Both the position numbers and the translations under genes were made by a program. Shown one piece after another: positions 19,976 to 28,815 of a stretch of DNA of 64,000 nt. The stretch covers positions 117,154-181,153 of the forward strand of contig DEKK01000012.1 of assembly GCA_002353815.1 (NCBI GenBank), read 5' to 3'. The notes under the pieces were generated by a model. That model was not told where the DNA came from and searched no databases. It saw only the letters and a list, made by a program, of their open reading frames with translations. Each line of letters begins with the position of its first letter. Within the stretch, counting starts at the first letter, position 1. The DNA comes from Bifidobacteriaceae bacterium UBA2724. GTDB taxonomy: Bacteria; Actinomycetota; Actinomycetes; Actinomycetales; Bifidobacteriaceae.

Positions 19976-21031
19976 TCATTCATGGTCACGGGGATTGTTC
20001 CTGTGGTCATAATGGTCGCGTATCGCCCGGAACGACGCCGGACGTTTCTCACCTGTCAGCCTGTCGGCCTTGGGGTCGTGCATCAGGGGTTTCGCATTCG
20101 AGGCGCTGGCCGCAGCCTGGACCACCGAAGCCGCTACCGAGGCGATCTGCGTGTATCCCGACACGGAATCCGGCTTGTCGTCGATGACCCCGTGGCTGAG
20201 CCTCTGCGCCTCCTCGGCGTACTCGGCCTCCTCGGATTCCTCCTCGTCCTCATCGTCGTCACTGGAATCCCCGTCATCGTCGCCTTCGTCGCCGACGGTG
20301 ATGTTGTTGTGCTCGGCAAGCTGCTTCTCGATGGCCTTGAGGCTCTTCGAGATGTCATCCATGTGCCCGTGGATCTTGGCGATGCGCTCCTTGGTGAGGC
20401 GGTCCTCACGGTTCTTGCGGATCGACTCCTCCTGGATGAGCCACGACGACAGCAATGCGCAGATGATGCCGTTGAGGATGATTCCCGCGAACATGAGGGT
20501 GCTGGCGATGATGCGACCTGCGGGCGTGACCGGCGAATAATCGCCATAGCCGACCGCCGTGGCCGACACCCACGTGCACCACAGCGCCTCGGGATACGTG
20601 GAGATCGTGGATGCGGGCGCATTGCGCTCAGCGTCGAACAGCGCAAGGGACCCTACGTAGAACACCATGATCGACACCGCCACGGCGTAGATGATGACCC
20701 GTACACGGAAGGCCTGGGAACTCGCCTTGCGCAGCGCGCGCAATGGCGTCAGTGCGAAAATCAGCCGCAGCGGGCGGAACATCGGCAGCAGCACGACCAG
20801 CAGGTCGAAGATATGCGACACGAACCACTTGGCCTTGTCAGGTACGAGGATCAGCGACACGATGTAGTCGACCGCGAAGACGAACCATATGGCATCCATC
20901 ACCACGTTGCCGAATCGCGCAAGCGCTCCGTACGGCGCCGCGAGCACCATCCACGAGTAGACGGCGAGGAACACGAAGGACAGAACCGACATAATCGGTT
21001 CCGTTATCCGATCCCACTTTTCGTAATTCAT
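19976..21031 (-). CDS. Potassium channel family protein (voltage-sensor-like S4 plus pore)
   Basis: S4-like FRPLRLIFALTPLRALR, pore helix and filter WVSATAVGYGD, acidic C-terminus. Start chosen at MNYEKW. Confidence 0.88.
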   Translation of the reverse strand: MNYEKWDRITEPIMSVLSFVFLAVYSWMVLAAPYGALARFGNVVMDAIWFVFAVDYIVSLILVPDKAKWFVSHIFDLLVVLLPMFRPLRLIFALTPLRALRKASSQAFRVRVIIYAVAVSIMVFYVGSLALFDAERNAPASTISTYPEALWCTWVSATAVGYGDYSPVTPAGRIIASTLMFAGIILNGIICALLSSWLIQEESIRKNREDRLTKERIAKIHGHMDDISKSLKAIEKQLAEHNNITVGDEGDDDGDSSDDDEDEEESEEAEYAEEAQRLSHGVIDDKPDSVSGYTQIASVAASVVQAAASASNAKPLMHDPKADRLTGEKRPASFRAIRDHYDHRNNPRDHE

Positions 21032-21286
21032 ACCCTCTAGAGTAGTCGACGCCGTCGTTTTTGCCTCGAACACCCATCGATCGCCTCGCTCCATGGATGA
21101 CGGAGCGGGGCGATCAGGGCTTTCACGGGTGTCAGGGACGTTCCAGCGAAGGAAAACCGGATTGCCTCGAGCCCGCACAGGAAGCGGCGCGAACCGCGCG
21201 AAGGGACGGGGATCATGCGAGGGGGCACGAGCCACGCGAAGAGGCGCGAGTCACGCGAGCCATCGGCAGAAAGGTACGGCCCGTTC

Positions 21287-22501
21287 TCAGAAGAAAAGCC
21301 ACGCTGCGAGCGCCGCGTATCCGACGAGCAGCACCGAGGTCAGGGCGCTGGCAAGGAACGCTGCGCGGCCCTCTTGGGCGATGGCACGCACGTTCACCGT
21401 CAGTCCCAGCGCCGCCATGGCCATGCCAAGCACGACGTAGGCAAGCGTCACCAGGACCGGCGCCGCTGCCGCCAACGCCGGCAGGTAGGTGCCGGCGACC
21501 GAGGCGCCGATGAAGCCGAGCATGAACCAGGGGATGCCGGCTTCGCCGCCCCGCTGTGCGCCATCCTCGGCGTGTCGTGCATTCCACCACACCGACACGG
21601 CGCCGGCGGCGAAGACCAGCATGAGCACGCGCGACAGCTTCATGATCGTCGCGATATCGACGGCGCCGAATGCGTCTCCGGCGGCCACGGCGTGGGCGAT
21701 TTCGTGGAGCGAGGCCCCGGCCATGACTCCGAGCTGCGTGGAGGTCAGTCCCACGAGCGGACCGATGGCGATTTCGGCGAGCGCGAAAATCGTGCCCATG
21801 ATGGCGACGATGGCCACGGCCATGACCTGGTGGTCGGCCTTGCGTTGCTCTTTCTCAGGCGGCACCGTCACCGACCCGGACAGTCCCATGACCGCGGCGG
21901 CGCCGCAGATGCCCGTGCCACCGGCGACGAGGATGGCGAGGTCGGGTTCCACGCCGAGACGGCGCGCGATGTTGTAGCACACGACGATGGTGAGGGTCAC
22001 GCCGACCGCGGCGATGGGCAGGCAGACGATGCCTTGCGTGAACAGGACGGTGAGGTTGAGCTTGAACCCCAGAAGGATGATGCCCAGGCGCAGCAGTTTG
22101 TTCGAGATGAGACCGGCCGCGTCGCGGACGCCGGCGCGCCGTGTCTCGGAGCCGGCCACATAGAGGCGCCGCACGGGGACCTGAAGCGCCATGCCGAGGA
22201 GCAGGGCGATGATCAGGGCTCCGAACAGGCTCAGCACGGGAAAGCGTTTGAGCCATGTGCCGGCCAGCGATGCCGCGAGGGTGAGGACCGCGATGACGGC
22301 CATCTGCGGGGTCAGGATGCGGCGGGCCCACGTGGCGACGAAGCTCGCGATGGGGTTGCCGCGCCCGCGCACGGAATCGGGGACGGGCTCCGTGGCAGGC
22401 GCATCCAGGACGATGCCATCGGCGTCGGCCATGTCGGGCATGTCAGGCATGTCGGCATCAGTGTGTGCAAGGGGTGTTGTCGGTATCGATGTCTGTGTCA
22501 T
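21287..22501 (-). CDS. YeiH/UPF0324 (putative sulfate exporter family) membrane protein
   Basis: LLRLGIILLGFKL, GTGICGAAAV, GASLHEIAHAVAAG, KLSRVLML, PWFMLGF. Confidence 0.9.
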   Translation of the reverse strand: MTQTSIPTTPLAHTDADMPDMPDMADADGIVLDAPATEPVPDSVRGRGNPIASFVATWARRILTPQMAVIAVLTLAASLAGTWLKRFPVLSLFGALIIALLLGMALQVPVRRLYVAGSETRRAGVRDAAGLISNKLLRLGIILLGFKLNLTVLFTQGIVCLPIAAVGVTLTIVVCYNIARRLGVEPDLAILVAGGTGICGAAAVMGLSGSVTVPPEKEQRKADHQVMAVAIVAIMGTIFALAEIAIGPLVGLTSTQLGVMAGASLHEIAHAVAAGDAFGAVDIATIMKLSRVLMLVFAAGAVSVWWNARHAEDGAQRGGEAGIPWFMLGFIGASVAGTYLPALAAAAPVLVTLAYVVLGMAMAALGLTVNVRAIAQEGRAAFLASALTSVLLVGYAALAAWLFF

Positions 22502-22537
22502 GCCTTGTATTCAACATGCCCGCATTTCATTAATCAA

Positions 22538-22574
22538 ATAAGTAGTTCCGATGTTTATCATCAGATTTTTCTAT
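22538..22574 (-). promoter_or_regulatory. Paired LysR-type T-N11-A boxes upstream of yeiH
   Basis: AT-rich island. Minus-strand ATAG-N7-TGAT (22574-22560) and ATCG-N7-TTAT (22552-22538), 22 bp apart. The adjacent gene is a LysR regulator. Confidence 0.6.
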
Positions 22575-22806
22575 TTTTATAGGCGTCGCCGCAGGACTGC
22601 GCCCCACGCGCCCCGCAGCGGACGCAGGGGTGTCGGCGCACCAAGATCACGAGACGGCGGGACCGCGAGACAGAGTAGCCACGGGACGGCACAGCAACGG
22701 GCCGACGGGACCTAGGAAACGACAGAACCGGGGCGGCAATGCGGAGCATCACGGCACGGAGCACACTCGCATAGGGAGTCGGCGACACCGTGGGCGCCGC
22801 CCCGCT

Positions 22807-23643
22807 TCATTCCTCCTCGCGCATGGCGGCGATCATCGCATCCGCGGCCCGGCGCTGGTCACGCGAAAGCCCCGTTCGTGGCATGACGGCGTAGAAGCGG
22901 CGCACGAACTCACGCCCCAGCGTGCGCGCGGGGACCCCATCGGGAACTATCGACGACGAGACGACGGAGCATCCGAACCCGGCCGCCAGGGTCGCGACGA
23001 TGGCGGCGTTGCTCGCCACTGTGACGGAGCGCTCGGGCACGATGCCCTCGGTCTTGCACAACAGGTCGGTGTAGTAGCGCACGCCGGAGCCTGTCTCGCG
23101 CACCAGCCAGACGGAGGACGGGTCGCCGGCCAGCACGAGCTCATCGGAGCGAAGCGTGACACGGTCGATGGCGTCGTTGATGACGGGTTTTTCGATGACG
23201 CCGAACTCCGCGTCCTTGCGCCCCACGAGGTCCACGATGACATCGGAGTTAACGGTGCGGAAAGACAGGTCGTATCGGTCCAGCGACGGCTCCAGGGCCG
23301 CGAGCGCCGCGGGCATGAGCACGGTGGCGGCGGTCAGCGAGAAGCAGGCGCGCAGGCTGACGGCGGTGCGCGAGGCGCGGACGGCCCGGTCGCAGGCGTC
23401 ACGCCATGTGCCGCCGATGGTGGCGGCGGCGCGGTACAGCAGCGTGCCGGCCTCGGTGGGTTCCACGTCGCTTTTCGCCTTGCGAACGAAGAGGGACACG
23501 CCGACCTCGGCTTCGAGCGCGGCGATGCGCGCCGAAACGGTGGGCTGCGAGACCCCGAGCTCGTCGGCGGCCGCCGTGAACTGGCCGGTCTCGTACACCG
23601 CCGCCAATGTCTGCAGAAGCGGGAACATCTCATGCCTCGCCAT
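22807..23643 (-). CDS. LysR family transcriptional regulator (YeiE/CysL-like)
   Basis: wHTH LQTLAAVYETGQFTAAADELGVSQPTVSARIAALE, and RETGSGVR. GAAGGAG ribosome-binding site before ATG 23643. Confidence 0.9.
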   Translation of the reverse strand: MARHEMFPLLQTLAAVYETGQFTAAADELGVSQPTVSARIAALEAEVGVSLFVRKAKSDVEPTEAGTLLYRAAATIGGTWRDACDRAVRASRTAVSLRACFSLTAATVLMPAALAALEPSLDRYDLSFRTVNSDVIVDLVGRKDAEFGVIEKPVINDAIDRVTLRSDELVLAGDPSSVWLVRETGSGVRYYTDLLCKTEGIVPERSVTVASNAAIVATLAAGFGCSVVSSSIVPDGVPARTLGREFVRRFYAVMPRTGLSRDQRRAADAMIAAMREEE

Positions 23644-23945
23644 ACGCACTCCTTCCCATGGCGCCGCGACAACATGTCGCCGACAATGATACCGACGCCG
23701 TGGGAAGCGCCCCCACCGTCGCCCTGCGCCCGTGGGGCCGTGATCCGGCACCGGCCGCACACCGCGCACGCCCCGTTCCGAACTCAGGCCAGCCGCCGGC
23801 ATCCCCATGCCCACGTCCACGCCGTCCGGCCGCCCCGTTCCGCCGCCAAGAACACTGCGGCGAAAAACACTGCGAGAAAACAAAAGCGCGGCCCCGCAGC
23901 CCCGGAGGACCGCGGAAACCGCGCCGTTTCGCAGGACGCCAGGTC

Positions 23946-25037
23946 CTACTTGCTCACGTTGAACTTGAATTCGACGATGTCGCCGTCCTGCATGACGTAG
24001 TCCTTGCCTTCGAGGCGCATCTTGCCCTCTTCCTTGACCTTGGCATAGGAACCGGCGGCGATGAGGTCGTCGTATGAGACGATCTCGGCCTTGATGAAGC
24101 CCTTCTCGAAGTCGGAGTGGATGACGCCGGCGGCCTGCGGGGCGGTCCAGCCCTTGTGGATCGTCCACGCGCGCACCTCCTTGACGCCTGCCGTGAGGAA
24201 GGTCTGCAGGCCCAGGGTGTCGAAGCCCACGCGGGCCAGCTGGTCGAGGCCGGATTCCTTGAGGCCCGCGTCGGCGAGCATCTCGCGGGCGTCGGCCTCG
24301 TCGAGCTCGGTGAGGTCGGATTCGAACTGCGCGTTGAGGAAGATGGCGGGCGCCGGCGCAACGAGCGCGGACAGCTTGGCCTGGAGCGCCGTGTCGTTGA
24401 GCTCGTTGTCGTCGACGTTGAACACGTAGATGAACGGCTTGGCGGTCATGAGGTGGAGGTCGTAGACGGAGCTCTTGTCGAATTTGCCTTCGCGGTCGGC
24501 GTGGTCGATGGTCTCGCCGGCTTCGAGGATCTTCTTGGCCTCGTTGACGGCGTCGAAATACGCCGGCTCGATCTTCTTGCCGCGCAGGTCCTTCTCGAGA
24601 CGCGGCAGCGCGTTTTCGATGGTCTGCAGGTCGGCGAGGATCAGCTCGGTGTTGATCGTGTCGATGTCGTCCTGCGGGTCCACCTTGCCATTGACGTGCA
24701 CGATGTCGTCGTCCTCGAACGCACGCACGACCTCGCAGATCGCATCGGCTTCGCGGATGTTGGCGAGGAACTGGTTGCCCAGGCCTTCGCCCTCGGACGC
24801 GCCCTTGACGATGCCGGCGATGTCGACGAAGGTGACGGTGGCGGGCACGATCTTGTCGGTGCCCACGATCGGCGCGAGCTTGGCGAGGCGCTCGTCAGGC
24901 AGCGGCACGATGCCGGTGTTGGGTTCGATGGTGGCGAACGGGTAGTTCTCCGCAAGCACGTTGTTGCGGGTCAGGGCGTTGAACATGGTGGACTTGCCGA
25001 CGTTCGGCAGACCGACGATTCCGATAGTAAGAGACAT
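23946..25037 (-). CDS. ychF: Redox-regulated ATPase YchF
   Basis: GIVGLPNVGKST, NYPFATIEPN, DIAGIVKGASEGEGLGNQFL, TGS domain, EGKDYVMQDGD. Confidence 0.97.
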   Translation of the reverse strand: MSLTIGIVGLPNVGKSTMFNALTRNNVLAENYPFATIEPNTGIVPLPDERLAKLAPIVGTDKIVPATVTFVDIAGIVKGASEGEGLGNQFLANIREADAICEVVRAFEDDDIVHVNGKVDPQDDIDTINTELILADLQTIENALPRLEKDLRGKKIEPAYFDAVNEAKKILEAGETIDHADREGKFDKSSVYDLHLMTAKPFIYVFNVDDNELNDTALQAKLSALVAPAPAIFLNAQFESDLTELDEADAREMLADAGLKESGLDQLARVGFDTLGLQTFLTAGVKEVRAWTIHKGWTAPQAAGVIHSDFEKGFIKAEIVSYDDLIAAGSYAKVKEEGKMRLEGKDYVMQDGDIVEFKFNVSK

Positions 25038-25218
25038 GGCTTCTAGTCTAGAGCCCACGGGGACAATGCGCCGCCCGCCGCCCACCTGCGAAGCGCAGGC
25101 CGCAGGAGCGACGCAAACGGAGCCGCGGAACGGGCGACCGCGTCCCGACGGTGCCGTGCGCCGTGCAAGCGGGTCGGATAGAATCGGAAGCAACCGTTCA
25201 AGCAACAAAGGAGTTCGC

Positions 25219-26016
25219 ATGGGATACGCGTTGGTCACCGGAGCATCGGGAGGCATCGGCAAGGAATTCGCAAAGATTCTCGCCGCACATGGGAAAGACC
25301 TCATTCTCGTGGCGCGCAGCGACGACCGCCTGCGCGAAATCGCCAGCGAGCTCCATCGCGACCATGGCGTGCATGTGGTGCGTTTCGCGATGGACCTCAC
25401 CGAAGAGGACGCCGCCGACCAACTGTTCACCACGACGCAGGACGCCGGTTATTTCGTCGACACCCTCATCAACAACGCGGGTTTCGGCGACCTGACGGGG
25501 TTCCTCGATTCGAATTGGCACCGGTCGCGCAGCCTCATGCAGCTCAACATGGTCACGCTGGCGCATCTCACCTACCTGTATGGCAATGAGATGCGAAGGC
25601 ACCATTTCGGGCGCATCCTCAACGTATCGTCGGTGGCGGCGGCGTTCGCCGGCCCCAACATGGCGCTGTACTACGCCTCGAAGGCCTTCGTGCTGAGCTT
25701 CACCGAAGCGCTGTCGGCCGAGCTGCGGGGCACCGGCGTGACGGCGACCGCCATCTGCCCCGGCCCGACCGCGACGGCGTTCGGCGCCAACGCCAGGATG
25801 TCGGCGACGGGGCGCAATTTCATGACCATGATGCGCCCCATGCCGGCAAGCGCAGTCGCGGCACGCGGCTACCGCGCCATGATGACGGGCCGCACCACCG
25901 TCTACGTGGGGCCGCTGACGAAGGCCGGGTTCGCGGCGGCGCGCATCCTGCCGCGCTGCGTGACCCGCGCCATCTGCAAGTATGCGAACGGAACCCCCGA
26001 GGGGCCGAAGTTCTGA
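25219..26016 (+). CDS. Short-chain dehydrogenase/reductase
   Basis: TGASGGIG, NNAGFG, NVSS, catalytic YYASK. AAGGAG ribosome-binding site. Confidence 0.92.
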   Translation: MGYALVTGASGGIGKEFAKILAAHGKDLILVARSDDRLREIASELHRDHGVHVVRFAMDLTEEDAADQLFTTTQDAGYFVDTLINNAGFGDLTGFLDSNWHRSRSLMQLNMVTLAHLTYLYGNEMRRHHFGRILNVSSVAAAFAGPNMALYYASKAFVLSFTEALSAELRGTGVTATAICPGPTATAFGANARMSATGRNFMTMMRPMPASAVAARGYRAMMTGRTTVYVGPLTKAGFAAARILPRCVTRAICKYANGTPEGPKF

Positions 26017-26149
26017 AACCGGTCGCCAGACCCCGCGCCGAAGGACGGGGCTTCTGCGGGGACGGATTTTCAGGCTCTCTTCCGGAACTCAATCCTTCCC
26101 GAAAACAGACACCGGGGCGTAAGAGCGAGGGTCGCCCCGCTCCCCTGCG

Positions 26150-26992
26150 TCAGTCGCCCATCACCGCGTCGACGGCGCTCATCACGTCGCCGCGGAAACC
26201 GCGCTCCTCAAGACGCTGCACGCCGCGAATCGTGGCGCCGCCGGGCGAGCACACGGCGTCCTTCATGGCGGCGGGGATCTGACCGGTGGCCACCTGCAGC
26301 GCGCCTGTGCCCTCGACCATGGCGGAGACCAGACGATATGCGGCGGCACGCGGGATCCCGTGCTTCACGGCCGCGTCGGACAGCGCCTCGATGAACATGG
26401 CGGCATAGGCGGGAGCGCAGCTCGTCACGGTTCCGGCCTGGTACAGCGTGGCGGTGTCGAGGAATTCCACGAGGGAGATCGGCGAGAACAGCTTGGTGAA
26501 TTCGGCGATTTCGTCGGGGGTCAGGTTGTTCTTGCGTTCGGCGACCACGACGCCCTTGCCCACCGCGATCGGTGTGTTCGGCACAATGGACAGGTGGTGC
26601 GTGCCCTCGGCCAGGATCTGCTCGTACCTGGCATAGTCCCAGCCCCATGCAATCGAGATGACGGTGGTGCCTTCGTCGGCGAGCTTGCCTTTGATGGGCT
26701 CTACGACGCTTTCGATGACATTGGGCTTGACCGCGAGGATCACGAACTCGCTGTTGTCGACGACCTCGGATGCGTTCTGGGCCGCCGTCGCGCCAAGCGC
26801 CGCGGTGGCGGAGGCCAGCATGTCGGCGTTGATGTCATACGCCATGATCTGCGCGCCGTCGATGCCGCCGTGCCTCACCATGCCCGTGGCGATGCCCTGG
26901 GCCATGGCGCCGAAGCCGATGAAGCCGATGGACACGGTCGGGACGGAGGGACCGCTGGGCGCGATTGTGACGCTCGGGTTGATGGATGCCAT
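26150..26992 (-). CDS. proC: Pyrroline-5-carboxylate reductase
   Basis: GFIGFGAMA, ILAVKP, VPNTP, CAPAY, DAVCSPGGATIRG. Confidence 0.95.
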   Translation of the reverse strand: MASINPSVTIAPSGPSVPTVSIGFIGFGAMAQGIATGMVRHGGIDGAQIMAYDINADMLASATAALGATAAQNASEVVDNSEFVILAVKPNVIESVVEPIKGKLADEGTTVISIAWGWDYARYEQILAEGTHHLSIVPNTPIAVGKGVVVAERKNNLTPDEIAEFTKLFSPISLVEFLDTATLYQAGTVTSCAPAYAAMFIEALSDAAVKHGIPRAAAYRLVSAMVEGTGALQVATGQIPAAMKDAVCSPGGATIRGVQRLEERGFRGDVMSAVDAVMGD

Positions 26993-27155
26993 ATTCTCCC
27001 CTTTTCCTTGGAGTCTGTTGGAGACACGAGTGGCGATCGGCCACAGGGCGCGGACGGCGGACGAGCCAGCCTCGCTGCACGTCCCGCGGAACGGCGACGT
27101 GCGGGCCCCGGCACGGCCGGGACCGTCGCGGGAGCCGCATGCGGACCGTGCCGGA

Positions 27156-28532
27156 TCATTCCGGCACGGCCTTGAGATCGCCTCGATTCAGTGCCTCATT
27201 ATAAAGGTGGCGGAATACCAGCGGGCCGTGCACGCCGTCATGCTCGAACTCATTGGTGACCCAGGCGTGCGAGTTGCCCACGCGCGACAGCGTGTCGAGC
27301 GACAGTTCGGAGGGCACGTACATGTCGTCGAAATACAGCGCGGCCTGCAGCGGCACCTCGTTGGAGGCGAGTCGGGCGGCGTCGTAAATCTTGCCCCAGT
27401 GCGTGTCGGCCATGAGCAGATCCTCGGCGGCGCGGAACGGAGCGAGCGACGAATCGTCGGCGAAGGATTCGGGCAGGGCCGCCTCCCCGATGAACTGCAG
27501 CGGGCGCGCGTCGGGCGACACCCCGGGGATCGTGGCGATCTCGCGGCTCGCCGCCCAGTTCGCCGGTTCGCACTCCCCGTCGTCGCCGCCGTCCTGATAG
27601 ATGAATTCCTGCAGCGTCCAATACAACGGCCGGTTGTACGACTCGGTGGCGGCAAGCACGTTCATGAGGAATCCCTCCGACAGATCGGAGCCATGCGGGG
27701 CGGCAGCCGACGCGGCGTCGCCAGCGGACGGCACGCTTCCGTCGCCATCGCAGAACGCCTGGTCGAGCAGCCAGTGGAGCCGCTCCCCGCTCGGCTTCAT
27801 GCCGAAGTCCTGCCCCAGGGTCTGCAGCCTGCGTACCGTGAAGACATCGCCGTTGGGCAGTCTCACGTCGCCGTCGGCCAGCCTGTCGGCGACGGCCGCC
27901 ACACGGGCGGCGTCCTGCGGATACCGTTCGTAGTACCGCGCCGTCTTCATGAGCATCTTGGGCACGGTGTGGGCGTATGTGACAGCGGGGCTCGCGGGGA
28001 CGGCGGGGATGCCGCCCGTGGTGAACGACGCGGCGATGGCCTCCGGGAACAGCGACAGGTAGGTGAGCGTCAGGAATCCGCCATAGCTCTGGCCCAGCGT
28101 GACCCACCGGCGTCCCCCGAACTCGGTGCGCCGCAGGTGTTCGAAATCGCGGATGATGGAGTCGGCGAGGAAGTGGTGCAGATAGTCCGCAAGCCCGCGC
28201 GGCGTGTCAAAACGGCGCGCGACGCTGGATTGGACGCGACTGGAGCGCCCCGTGCCGCGCTGGTCGGGAAGGACCACGCGGAAATGGCGCACGGCTTCGG
28301 CGATCCACCCATCGGATTGGGGCGACAGGGGGCGCGGACCGGGGCCGCCGGGGCCGCCCTGCAGGAAGACGAGGAGCGGCAGGTCGCGGTTTTCATTGCC
28401 GGGCGCGCACAACACGCGGTAGAACAGGCTGAGGCGTTCGGAACCGTCCGGCGCCGACCAGTCGAGGGGAACCGTGGTGGAATGGTCCTCCACATACAAT
28501 CCCGGAACGTAATATGTCGCCAGCTCAGTCAT
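27156..28532 (-). CDS. Proline iminopeptidase (alpha/beta hydrolase, family S33)
   Basis: LQGGPG, DQRGTGRS, nucleophile GQSYGG, YFDDMYVP, TNEFEHDG. Confidence 0.88.
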   Translation of the reverse strand: MTELATYYVPGLYVEDHSTTVPLDWSAPDGSERLSLFYRVLCAPGNENRDLPLLVFLQGGPGGPGPRPLSPQSDGWIAEAVRHFRVVLPDQRGTGRSSRVQSSVARRFDTPRGLADYLHHFLADSIIRDFEHLRRTEFGGRRWVTLGQSYGGFLTLTYLSLFPEAIAASFTTGGIPAVPASPAVTYAHTVPKMLMKTARYYERYPQDAARVAAVADRLADGDVRLPNGDVFTVRRLQTLGQDFGMKPSGERLHWLLDQAFCDGDGSVPSAGDAASAAAPHGSDLSEGFLMNVLAATESYNRPLYWTLQEFIYQDGGDDGECEPANWAASREIATIPGVSPDARPLQFIGEAALPESFADDSSLAPFRAAEDLLMADTHWGKIYDAARLASNEVPLQAALYFDDMYVPSELSLDTLSRVGNSHAWVTNEFEHDGVHGPLVFRHLYNEALNRGDLKAVPE

Positions 28533-28685
28533 GGTTCCTCCCGTCGTCCCACGCGCCCCGACATGGAAAATGCAGGTCCGGGCGCGGTTCGTCCGAATGC
28601 GTCAGACGGCCCCGTCCACCCACCTGCGACCGGGGCGCGGAACCGTCTGCGCCCGGCCCAGCCCGGCCGGACGCGAGCCGCCGCG

Positions 28686-28706
28686 AATCATCCCTGGGAA
28701 TGATGG
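28686..28706 (+). promoter_or_regulatory. Near-palindromic response-regulator site (copy 1)
   Basis: AATCATCCCTGGGAATGATGG, identical to 32689-32709. A TAGTGT -10-like hexamer starts at 28727. Confidence 0.75.
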
Positions 28707-28815
28707 TCGGCGACGTCTCCCACGGCTAGTGTGGAAGGCACCGTGGACTGTATGCGACCCACCGGCGCGGCCGATGCGGCCGCCGCACGGCGTCAGGCAC
28801 GACGGAGGAGGCACG

